A stretch of DNA of 64,000 bases. Source: an uncultured candidate division Zixibacteria bacterium (lineage in GTDB: Bacteria; Zixibacteria; MSB-5A5; GN15; FEB-12). Below, in pieces: positions 18,840 through 27,387 of this stretch; the stretch's first letter is position 1, and every line of letters begins with the position of its first letter. The translations under genes and the position numbers were made by a program. The stretch spans positions 107,859 to 171,858 of the forward strand of contig CAVQCT010000005.1 in assembly GCA_963711085.1 (NCBI GenBank), in the 5' to 3' direction. A model generated the notes under the pieces. That model ran no database searches. It saw only the letters and a list, made by a program, of their open reading frames with translations, and was not told the origin of the DNA.

Positions 18840-20795
18840 TCAGATGCTTGAATCGGCGGGTGTATACCCCATCCGCTCGAGCATCCGGTAAGCGTTCTCG
18901 TTGAGGAAGTTCAGATCGATCGACTTGCGAAAGTTCATGACGGCCGCCACCGTGTCTCCTGAACGCATCAATACTTCTCCATAGCTGTCGTACACATTGA
19001 ATCTATTCGGGAATTCCTCGATGTTCAATTTGAATATGACCGCAGCGTCGGCCAAGCGCCCCGCCGCCAGGAGGCGATAGCCGAGATTATTAAGGGGGGC
19101 TTCTCCGAAATCGAAAACGTAATCGTCCGAATCACCATACTCAAGTCTCAGGCGTCGATAGGTGGCGACAGCGGAATCGATTCCGGCCGTCGAGTCGACT
19201 GAATACAAGGTATCTTCAAGTGAATATCTATAATCCTCAAGCGGGTCAAACGAGAAATCAGTCGCGAGGTCGGTGTCGGAGACGATAGAACCATTCAGAA
19301 AGTGAAGGATCCCTCTGGCGCTGTTCGCGTCGATCAGTTCACTGTGGGAGGCAAGATGCATGGTGATAAGCTGTGAATTGGGGAAGCGGGGAATGAGTTG
19401 TCGGACATTCGCCATGGGCGTCACCGCATCAAGAGTCCCGGCAATAAAAAGTAAAGGAACTTCTGAGTGGATAGGCTCTCTGAAGTCGTTTCCGAGATCA
19501 AGGTCTCCCCAAGCCTCGCACAGTTGCGGCTGACGAATGGTGCTGATACCGAGATCGGAGAGAATGGTCGTGTCGCTTTCGTTCCTGGCTCTTTCGAGAC
19601 GGCTCTGGTCGCAGCCGTTGGAGGCGATCATGGCGTAGGTCATGGCATTACCCACCGGCCGTCGGCGGAAATTACGGAGCCAGTTTGCAACCTGTCGGTA
19701 GTTCCCCTGACTCAGATGATAGTAAAATCTGGGAAATGCTCTCGTCCAGGCGCCATCGTGCATGTCATTCGCAACCATAATCTGGAGATAAGTATCGCCG
19801 AGGGTAAGACGCCAGTCTGGTTTGAAGAAGGAAAAGAGCTTGAAGATCACTTTAACGAATCTTTCCTCGTCCCCTACGGCATCCATCAAGGGAGCAGTGA
19901 CGAGCCGCGGATAGGTGCGCAGATTTGCGTGTATCGCGCGCATGGTGCCGAGAAAGTCAGGCATGAGACGCGATGCCCGCGGATCGGCGGCACAGATACT
20001 GTCCAGACGCACAAAGTACTCGTGCACGTTGGCCGGCAGCTTATGGTCTTGGTCCGGTGCTTCCGGACCGACCAGCACTACCCGGCCGACATGCTCCTGA
20101 TGTCGGCGAATATACACCTGGGCCAGCAGGGTGCCATAACTGTATCCCAGCAGGTTGATCGTCTGGTATCCGAGAGCAGCTCGCAGATCATCGATATCGT
20201 CGGCATTCTCATTCGTATTGTAGCCCGAAAGGTCGACTCCTCGTTTTCGCAGGTTCTCGGCACACTTGCGAAAACACTCGGCCAATGTGGCGTTCAGATT
20301 GCTGTCGATAGCTTCGATAACATCGGTATCCAGACCGATCTCCTCGTCGCAATTCAGGTTCGGCATGGATTGTCCAACTCCACGTTGATCGATCAGGACG
20401 ACATCGCCAAGCTTCCTCAGGGCCATGAAGAACCGAAAAAGGCCGCCCCGTGCAGCCGGAATACCCGGCGTGCCGGGACCACCCTGAAGATAGAACAAAG
20501 GCGCCCCGGGATGTTTCGACGTACTGGCGAGCCGCACAAATGCGATTGAGATTACGTTCGAGGTATCCACACCGCGTTTCTCCGGGACGTTCAGGTGCCC
20601 CGCTTCGGCCGGGACAGAATCGCCATAGACCGATGTATAGACCGTTGGCTGTAGTGTGAGTTCACCCGGTTTCGCTTTGCGGTCATAGAGCGGAGGCTCT
20701 GACCAGAGATACAGTTTTCCGATGAATAGGGCCACGACAGCGCATGCGAACAAGATCCAGCCCGTCTGATAGTTGCGAATCGGCCTTCTGCGCAA
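18840..20795 (-). CDS. S33-type alpha/beta hydrolase (prolyl/tripeptidyl aminopeptidase-like) with a C-terminal TPR-like region
   Basis: N-terminal TM helix, FYLQGGPGTPG oxyanion motif and GYSYG nucleophile motif. Confidence 0.75.
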   Translation of the reverse strand: MRRRPIRNYQTGWILFACAVVALFIGKLYLWSEPPLYDRKAKPGELTLQPTVYTSVYGDSVPAEAGHLNVPEKRGVDTSNVISIAFVRLASTSKHPGAPLFYLQGGPGTPGIPAARGGLFRFFMALRKLGDVVLIDQRGVGQSMPNLNCDEEIGLDTDVIEAIDSNLNATLAECFRKCAENLRKRGVDLSGYNTNENADDIDDLRAALGYQTINLLGYSYGTLLAQVYIRRHQEHVGRVVLVGPEAPDQDHKLPANVHEYFVRLDSICAADPRASRLMPDFLGTMRAIHANLRTYPRLVTAPLMDAVGDEERFVKVIFKLFSFFKPDWRLTLGDTYLQIMVANDMHDGAWTRAFPRFYYHLSQGNYRQVANWLRNFRRRPVGNAMTYAMIASNGCDQSRLERARNESDTTILSDLGISTIRQPQLCEAWGDLDLGNDFREPIHSEVPLLFIAGTLDAVTPMANVRQLIPRFPNSQLITMHLASHSELIDANSARGILHFLNGSIVSDTDLATDFSFDPLEDYRYSLEDTLYSVDSTAGIDSAVATYRRLRLEYGDSDDYVFDFGEAPLNNLGYRLLAAGRLADAAVIFKLNIEEFPNRFNVYDSYGEVLMRSGDTVAAVMNFRKSIDLNFLNENAYRMLERMGYTPADSSI

Positions 20796-20930
20796 GGCAT
20801 TCTCCAGTGTTATGAGGATGAACTGCTCCCGATTGGCGCATGGGGAGGGCTAGGTTAATATTAACGCAATGGAGAGACGAATGTTTCGTACCGGAAACGT
20901 TTCAAGAATGAAAGCCTATCGGACAGGGGG

Positions 20931-21911
20931 TTACATAAGCTCCGGTCGGGCCGGCCCCATAACCTTGATAAACTGGCGCAGGAGATCCTCATCGAAGCCC
21001 TGTCTGGGGTCTGACATAGTCTTAAGGGTAGAAAATGTGCTGTCGGCGGGATGGTACACCCGATTGGTCGTCATGGCATCAAACGCATCGGCGATGCCAA
21101 CTATTCTGCCATAGAGGTGAATGCTGTTAGGTCCCAGTCTCTTGGGATATCCTTTGCCATTGATGCGTTCATGATGCTGTACTATTGGATAGTAAGACGC
21201 ATCGGGTATCAGATCGGTTGTGTTCATCAGCTCCGCACCCCATTCCGGATGACGACGCATCGTTTCCCATTCCGATTGATCGAGTGGTCCAGGTTTGTGG
21301 AGAATGGACTCGGGGACGCGCGCCTTGCCGACATCGTGAAGCAGCGCACCCGTTGACAGCTCGATAAGGTCCTGCGTGCGGGCTATTCCGGCGGCACTGG
21401 CCAGAGCCAGCGAAAAAGTACACACGTTCACCGAATGCGTAAACACGCTGTAGTCGAACGACATCACCTTCAGCATATTCAGGAACGCGTTTTCGCCTTC
21501 GAGTACATACAGGACGGTCGACTCGACGAATGCCTGGCTGTCGCGGATGTGTTCACACTTGGTCGGATCCGAGAAGACGTCCTTAACCAATTCCTTGGCG
21601 CAGTCGTACACAATGCTGGACTTGGTGAAGTCATCGACTGCATCGTCGACCAGTACCTGCGTGATATGCTGACGGATGTACCTCTGGTACTCATGCCGTT
21701 GATCGGCCGAGATATACAGCCGGTTCAAATTGCGACGCAGCAGTTCTTGTCGGGAAGCAGAAGTCAGCGGCAGATTCTTTGATCGGTACAGGACGACGCT
21801 GTTGCCATCGAACAGGTACAGATCAAAATCCAACACGCTGTCCACGGTCAGGGTGCGGGTGAATATCGGAATGAAGTCGGTAAGTCCTCGTTGTGCCCCA
21901 GTTGAATGCAT
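20931..21911 (-). CDS. HD-GYP domain phosphodiesterase-type protein
   Basis: HDVGK...HPEWG...VQHHERINGKGYPKRL (HD and GYP signatures). ATG at 21911 follows GGAGGG. The ORF track extends to 21947. Confidence 0.85.
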   Translation of the reverse strand: MHSTGAQRGLTDFIPIFTRTLTVDSVLDFDLYLFDGNSVVLYRSKNLPLTSASRQELLRRNLNRLYISADQRHEYQRYIRQHITQVLVDDAVDDFTKSSIVYDCAKELVKDVFSDPTKCEHIRDSQAFVESTVLYVLEGENAFLNMLKVMSFDYSVFTHSVNVCTFSLALASAAGIARTQDLIELSTGALLHDVGKARVPESILHKPGPLDQSEWETMRRHPEWGAELMNTTDLIPDASYYPIVQHHERINGKGYPKRLGPNSIHLYGRIVGIADAFDAMTTNRVYHPADSTFSTLKTMSDPRQGFDEDLLRQFIKVMGPARPELM

Positions 21912-22080
21912 AAATCCCTCCAATGGATTATGTATCGGTCGGGCCAATCAAAACTTGATGCCAGAACACGCGGGAGGGAGTCAACAGAAGTGCCAGTTTT
22001 GCCAAGGAGAGGAATGTGCTGGCAACCAGGGAACCAGTGTCCGGTTAAAGCGGAGACACACGGTCAGAATAGGTAGCAGA

Positions 22081-22099
22081 GGGTGACTTTCGGTCGCCC
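22081..22099 (-). terminator. Weak hairpin downstream of pstA
   Basis: GGGTGAC-TTTCG-GTCGCCC: a 7-bp stem including one G-U pair, with no clear U-tract. Confidence 0.3.
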
Positions 22100-22114
22100 A
22101 ATGGCCGAGCAACA

Positions 22115-22966
22115 CTACCCCCGGTGCGAATTCTTGCCGCGGATCAGGATCAGGTGGGCTGAGATATTGATGAGAAGAACCATCGCCAGAAGTACGAACC
22201 CGGCGGCCCAGGCCTGACGATGCCAGTCCTCATAAGGGGAGATGGCGTAGGCGAAAATCATGACCGGCAGAGTCGCCGTCGGCTGGCCCCAACCCGACGC
22301 CCAGAACTGATTGTTCAAAGCCGTGAACAACAGAGGGGCCGTCTCACCGGCAACACGCGCGAAATTCAGCATCGTTCCGGTTACGATCCCTTTGAAAGCG
22401 TACGGTATTATCACCGTTACGATTGCCTGCCACTTGGTCGCTCCCAAAGCTACCGCGGCATCGCGCTGAGATTGGGGAACCGCCTTGAGAAACTCGGCGG
22501 TACTCCGGACGGCGATAGGAATCATCATGATCCCGAGAGCGATACTTCCCGCTAAAGCGGAGAACTGCCGCATCGGGTGCACGACAAGAGTGTATACGAC
22601 GATACCGATTACGATCGATGGTACGCCGTTCAATAGATCAGTCATGTACTGAAGGGTGAAACCGGCTGTTGGTCCGGCATACTCGCTGAGGTAGACGCCG
22701 CCGAGAAAGCCCAGGGGAATGCCGATCAGGGTGGCCAGCAGAAGGATCTTCCCGCTGCCGACGATGGCATTGGCCATCCCTCCGCCGGTCTCGCCGACCG
22801 GAACCGGAAGATGAGTGAAGAACGACCAATTCAGCGCCGACGCGCCGTTGTAGAACAAATATCCGAGAATGAACAGGAGAACGCCCATGGTAAAAAAGGT
22901 TGCAAGGCCGGTCATCCCGAACATCACGACATTGACCGCGCGCTTTCTGGCCGTGATCGAGATCAT
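22115..22966 (-). CDS. pstA: Phosphate ABC transporter permease PstA
   Basis: Six-TM permease with an EAA-like loop (ALGATKWQAIVTVIIP). It overlaps pstC by 4 nt. Confidence 0.9.
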   Translation of the reverse strand: MISITARKRAVNVVMFGMTGLATFFTMGVLLFILGYLFYNGASALNWSFFTHLPVPVGETGGGMANAIVGSGKILLLATLIGIPLGFLGGVYLSEYAGPTAGFTLQYMTDLLNGVPSIVIGIVVYTLVVHPMRQFSALAGSIALGIMMIPIAVRSTAEFLKAVPQSQRDAAVALGATKWQAIVTVIIPYAFKGIVTGTMLNFARVAGETAPLLFTALNNQFWASGWGQPTATLPVMIFAYAISPYEDWHRQAWAAGFVLLAMVLLINISAHLILIRGKNSHRG

Positions 22967-23943
22967 GCGTGGGCACCCTTGCGCGTCGTGGCGATAATCA
23001 ACAAACGCGCCAATCCGTTAATTACAAACGTGACGGCAAACAGCACCAGTCCAAGTTCGATAAGTGAACTCAAATACAGATCGCCGGTAGCCTCGGTGAA
23101 TTCGTTGGCTATGACCGCAGCTATCGAATAGCCCGGGGCCAGTAATGAAGCTTTGATTTGCGGCGTATTGCCGATCACCATCGTGACCGCCATCGTCTCG
23201 CCGAGCGCCCGCGCGAGTGCTAAAAAGACCGATCCGACAATGCCGGTCGACGCGAACGGTACCACCACACGCCAGGTGGTCTGCCAGTGGGTGCTGCCCA
23301 GCGCAAGCGAGGCTTCGCGCTGGTCTTTCGGCACAGCCAGCAGGACTTCGCGCGAGACCGAGACGATAAACGGAACGATCATGATCGAAAGGACTATCGC
23401 AGCGGAGAAGTAACTCACGCCGTAAAAGGCACCATCAAATATCGGCAGGAAGCCGAAGATCGATCTAAGAACGGGCACGATATAATCGCGAAGAATCGGA
23501 ACCAGTACGAAAATGCCGAGCAGACCGTAGATCACGCTGGGAACGGCGGCCAGCAGTTCGATCAGGAAGGCCAGGGTATCGGAGATTTTCGGCGGCGCCA
23601 GCTCGGACAGAAAGATGGCCGAGCCCAGGCCGAGCGGGACGGCGATTATCAGGGACACGATAGACGTTATGACGGTTCCGTAGATAAACGGCAACGCCCC
23701 GAAAATTCCGGCCACCGGATCCCAGACCGAGGTGACCAGGAAGTCCCAGCCGAACTTACTTCGTGACATTGCCGACTGGGCATACAGCTCATAAAAGATG
23801 GCGGCCGTGATCAAAATGATCAGGGCGGCCGCCACTAAAGTCAGATATTTGCCTAAACGGTCACCGCTCCAGATCCTGCGGACCAGAGAAAGTTTGCGAT
23901 CACTCGGCCGCGGGGGTTCTGCTGAAGCGGTAAGGTTCGTCAT
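22963..23943 (-). CDS. pstC: Phosphate ABC transporter permease PstC
   Basis: REASLALGSTHWQTTWRVVVP motif. Located between pstS and pstA. Confidence 0.9.
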   Translation of the reverse strand: MTNLTASAEPPRPSDRKLSLVRRIWSGDRLGKYLTLVAAALIILITAAIFYELYAQSAMSRSKFGWDFLVTSVWDPVAGIFGALPFIYGTVITSIVSLIIAVPLGLGSAIFLSELAPPKISDTLAFLIELLAAVPSVIYGLLGIFVLVPILRDYIVPVLRSIFGFLPIFDGAFYGVSYFSAAIVLSIMIVPFIVSVSREVLLAVPKDQREASLALGSTHWQTTWRVVVPFASTGIVGSVFLALARALGETMAVTMVIGNTPQIKASLLAPGYSIAAVIANEFTEATGDLYLSSLIELGLVLFAVTFVINGLARLLIIATTRKGAHA

Positions 23944-23952
23944 GCGCGAAAG

Positions 23953-24975
23953 TTAATTGATTTTCTGGATTGCTGCCAGCTCTTTCGACACCACCGGCGC
24001 CGGGAGTTGAGCGTAGGACAGCGATTCCGTAAATTTCTGCCCGTCGGTCATCATCCAGCGCAGGAAGTCGGTGATCGCTTTCTTCTTCTGCGCATCCTGG
24101 ATTTTGGCCGGAACCAGCAGCCAGGTGAAGCTGCAGATCGGATATGTCTCGTCGCCCGGGGCGTTGGTGATGGAGACGCGGAAATCATCCGGCATCTTCT
24201 TCGCCGCACCGGCCGCGGCATCGGTCACGCTGGCCAGATTCGCTTTGACGAACTTGCCGGCCGCATTCTCAACCGATCCGTAGGACATCTTGTTCTGAAG
24301 CGCGTAGATCAATTCCACATAACCGATTGCATACGGGGTCTGTTGGACCAGACCGGCAACACCCTCGTTCCCCTTGCCACCGAGACCGACCGGCCAGTTG
24401 ACCGAGGTACCCACGCCGACTTTGTCCTTCCATTCGGGACTGACCTTGGAAAGATAATCGACCCAGATATAGGTGGTGCCACTGCCGTCGGAACGATGGA
24501 TAACAACGATGTCCTGGTTCGGCAGCTTCACGCCCGGGTTGGCCTTGGCGATTTCCGGATCGTTCCACTTGGTGATCGTGCCGAGATAGATTCCGGCCAG
24601 CGCTTTCGGTGTGAAATTCAGGTCCGGGTTCATGTCTACGAGATTGTAAGTAGGTACGACCCCGCCAAGAACTGTCGGGAAGTGAAGGATCGGGCATCCC
24701 TGCTTGTCCTCGAATTCCTTAAGCTGCGCTTCGTTCATCGGACCATCGCTGGCGCCGAAGTCTACCGTGCCGGCCGTGATCTGACGGATCCCGCCGCCGG
24801 AACCGATCGACTGGTAGTTGAACTGGATCTCCGGATGCAGCTTGGCATACTCGCTGAACCACTTGGAATAAATCGGGTACGGGAAGGTTGCGCCTGCGCC
24901 GTTGATCAGATCCGCCGCCGAACTGAGTCCGGCCAGCATGACCAACATAAAGGCGATTGTGAGAAGTTTCCTCAT
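23953..24975 (-). CDS. pstS: Phosphate-binding protein PstS
   Basis: AAGGAGG RBS and a signal peptide. GAGATFPYPIYSKW, SIGSGGG and RSDGSGTT motifs of PstS. Confidence 0.9.
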   Translation of the reverse strand: MRKLLTIAFMLVMLAGLSSAADLINGAGATFPYPIYSKWFSEYAKLHPEIQFNYQSIGSGGGIRQITAGTVDFGASDGPMNEAQLKEFEDKQGCPILHFPTVLGGVVPTYNLVDMNPDLNFTPKALAGIYLGTITKWNDPEIAKANPGVKLPNQDIVVIHRSDGSGTTYIWVDYLSKVSPEWKDKVGVGTSVNWPVGLGGKGNEGVAGLVQQTPYAIGYVELIYALQNKMSYGSVENAAGKFVKANLASVTDAAAGAAKKMPDDFRVSITNAPGDETYPICSFTWLLVPAKIQDAQKKKAITDFLRWMMTDGQKFTESLSYAQLPAPVVSKELAAIQKIN

Positions 24976-25111
24976 AAGACCTCCTTAGGGGTGAGAAACA
25001 ATTTTTTGGGGAATGGTTCCCCGCCGTGTTACTTTGCGTTTCGCATTCCGGCATTAGGCCGGGCGGTTGATTTCATTTTCGCAATTTGTAACCCGGATAA
25101 AGCCGATTCGA

Positions 25112-25139
25112 TGTTAGCGTTGGATTAGACGCTTGTTAG
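25112..25139 (-). promoter_or_regulatory. Candidate Pho box: three direct hexamers with 11-bp periodicity upstream of pstS
   Basis: On the gene strand: CTAACA (25139-25134), 5 nt, CTAATC (25128-25123), 5 nt, CTAACA (25117-25112). This lies 137-164 nt upstream of the pstS ATG. There is no canonical -35, and TACAAA lies about 20 nt downstream. Confidence 0.4.
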
Positions 25140-25245
25140 CTTTAAATGAGTGGGAAGAGAGGTGTAAGTATCAGTGAAACAATCGCTTGCTAGAACGAGT
25201 GGACGGCCGGGGAGGTGTCTGAGGAGTCTGAGCTAATACCGGCTC

Positions 25246-25281
25246 TTGAAAAACGAAGGGGGCCGAGCGGCCTCGGTCCCC
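25246..25281 (-). terminator. Rho-independent terminator after the OMP barrel genes
   Basis: On the minus strand, GGGGACCGAG-GCCG-CTCGGCCCCC (one bulged base) is followed by TTCGTTTTTC. Confidence 0.55.
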
Positions 25282-25320
25282 TGGCTATTTGTAGAAACGA
25301 CCCGTGTGAAATTCAGTAAA

Positions 25321-25881
25321 TCAAAAGATGAATGCCTCAATTCCGATCGAGGCGGCAAAGACCTTCCCGGTCATAGTTCCGAGGTAGCCGTAGTGAACGA
25401 AATCAAACCTCTGCAGAATTGACGGCTGAATAGCCACTGAATTCGAGAGCATGAAGTCAACGCCCAGCTGCCCACCGACTGTCCACATGGAAGACGGTTT
25501 CAAATGGGTTGACTGCCGGGTCAGGCCGAATACCTTGAACATGGGATAAACCGCCCCCTTGGCCGAGGACCGAGTGTGGTTTCCGTTGAAATAGAACGAG
25601 AAGATCGGGCCGATCCCCCAATCGGTGGACGAACCATAATAGCCACGAGCCGAAGTATAGCTCAGATCGAAGTGCACGCCCAGCGCGAACCCGTTCGCCG
25701 CAAACCAGGAAATCTCCGGGTTAAGCCAGATTCGGGTGGCGTCTTCCCAAAGTTCCCCTGAATGACTGCTGATCGATGCCTGGCCGGAAAGGAGGCAGGA
25801 TCCTTTATCGATCGGCAAGCGCGCCGAGAATATCGAAGGCGCGAGGGCCAGGATGAATATGAGTAAAAATCTCGATTTCAA
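25321..25881 (-). CDS. Small outer-membrane beta-barrel protein (paralog A)
   Basis: TTG at 25881 after GGAG gives the signal peptide MKSRFLLIFILALAPSIFSA. The protein ends ..GIEAFIF (OMP beta-signal). The longer track ORF (to 26079) runs into the upstream gene. Confidence 0.65.
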   Translation of the reverse strand: MKSRFLLIFILALAPSIFSARLPIDKGSCLLSGQASISSHSGELWEDATRIWLNPEISWFAANGFALGVHFDLSYTSARGYYGSSTDWGIGPIFSFYFNGNHTRSSAKGAVYPMFKVFGLTRQSTHLKPSSMWTVGGQLGVDFMLSNSVAIQPSILQRFDFVHYGYLGTMTGKVFAASIGIEAFIF

Positions 25882-25946
25882 TATATGGACTCCATTATTA
25901 AGCTCAGTTTCGTTGATCGTGATTCCGCTTTGATGCCTCTGCGAGA

Positions 25947-26492
25947 CTAAAAGAGAAAGGCGTCGATGCCAATTCCGCCGACGACAGTAACTCCGCTCGA
26001 GGATGAGTAGCTGCCGCTCATATAGTCGTAGCTCACCTAGACGGCCGGCTGGAGCGCAACGGTATTGCTGAGCATGCAATCCAACCCAAACTGCCCTCCG
26101 AACGACCAGAGTCCATGATCGCCTCCCCTATTCCAGGAGGTACGGGTGATGAACGTCCGTATTACCGGAAAGACCGCCCCCTTCACTTTCGTGCGCGACC
26201 TCTCGGGATTAAGGTAAAACGACAAGAGCGGTCCAACGGATACTATCGTATACGATGCCCCGGTAGAGGACTCGATATCCAGCAGCAGGCCAACCGCGCA
26301 ACCGTCCGAGACGAAATACGAATATCCGGGGGCGAAGCTCAGCTGACCATCGTCTTGGTACAAGCGTCCTCCCTGATAGGAGTAGGTTACCTGACCCGAC
26401 ACGATACTGCTGCCCTGTTCGATCGGAGAATCGCCGGCGGACGCCGTGGATGCGAGAGCCGCGAGGAAAACAAAACCTGCCAACCACTTCAT
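25947..26492 (-). pseudogene. Small OMP beta-barrel paralog B with an in-frame amber codon at 26037-26039
   Basis: Signal peptide MKWLAGFVFLAALASTASA. The ORF stops at TAG (..LQPAV*), but the same frame continues VSYDYMSGSYSSSSGVTVVGGIGIDAFLF* to 25947. That supplies the missing last strands and the terminal Phe seen in paralog A. Confidence 0.6.
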
Positions 26493-27006
26493 ACAAACCT
26501 CCTCTGATGTAAACCCGGGACTTATCCGATCTCGGCTTTCCCGGTCATACGGCGAGCACGCTCACTCGATTGTGCCTCATATGTCGTGATCTCGTGAGTC
26601 AGCCGCCAGTCGAAACGCCCATACACTGGTAAATACTCATCGTCGTAATGTGCAGGCGATTCCGGCGGCGGACAAGCGAAAATTTAGTATCGGTGGAATG
26701 CGATCTGCTGGGATCGATTCGTGTTCAAATCGAGCTTCTGGATCGGCATTTTCACTAAGTGACAGGCGAATCCTGACTCAATTTTATCGTCGACAGAGTC
26801 TCTCCGGAATTCTATAACTGAGGTATAGGGTGCTAATCATCGGGCAGGTCATTTGGCGGGCGGCACCCAGATTCTCTCTTATCAGTAGATAGATAGTACA
26901 GGCCGGGCATGAGTGCTGTTTTCATATATTCTCAGAACTTTTGGACATAGCTATAAGAGCGGATGAGCGGTTGGTGTCGCTTGGTCCGCCAATTATGGAG
27001 CGTAGC

Positions 27007-27252
27007 ATGTTAAAGAAATTGCCGAAATCGACCGGCGGGCTGATGCGAGGGGTAGTCGTTGCCTGCGTGCTTGCCTTTGCTACTGGGCTCTTCGCCACTC
27101 CGGCCAGCGCCTGGTGCCCACCGAAGATCGGGCACATGTATGCATCAGATACACGACCGAGCGGGGATGGTGACGGATGGGGGGAGGAGTATCTAATGCA
27201 GAAAAGAGTGTCGGACCGAGTCCCAATTTGCCAACCTTTGCCGAGTGGTTAA
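27007..27252 (+). CDS. Possible small secreted Cys-containing peptide (81 aa)
   Basis: MLKKLPKSTGGLMRGVVVACVLAFATGLFATPASA|WCPPK... has Sec-signal shape with an ASA cleavage site. The mature part is about 46 aa with two Cys. No recognisable family and no strong RBS. Confidence 0.3.
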   Translation: MLKKLPKSTGGLMRGVVVACVLAFATGLFATPASAWCPPKIGHMYASDTRPSGDGDGWGEEYLMQKRVSDRVPICQPLPSG

Positions 27253-27387
27253 CGCTTCTGTCTTTAGATTTCTCTCGGCACATTATCCTGAAACCGCCAA
27301 CTCTAGAAGGAACGCATGAAATTCAAACTTACTCCTCAACTATAGCGAGCAGCAGAGCTAATACGGTGCAATAAATTCGCTGACGCT

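Noticed and set aside
19467-20549. 360-aa ORF on the plus strand inside the S33 hydrolase gene.
   Set aside because: It is antisense to a gene with clear catalytic motifs. It has Arg/Gly/His-rich low-information composition, no RBS and no recognisable motifs, so it is a typical shadow ORF of GC-rich coding DNA.
24007-25128. 373-aa plus-strand ORF covering pstS.
   Set aside because: It is antisense to an unmistakable PstS, with Arg/Asp-rich shadow-ORF composition.
26700-26745. tRNA-like T-arm (GTTCAAATC) in the ORF-poor region.
   Set aside because: The flanking bases do not form a 5-bp T-stem, and no acceptor or anticodon arms can be drawn.
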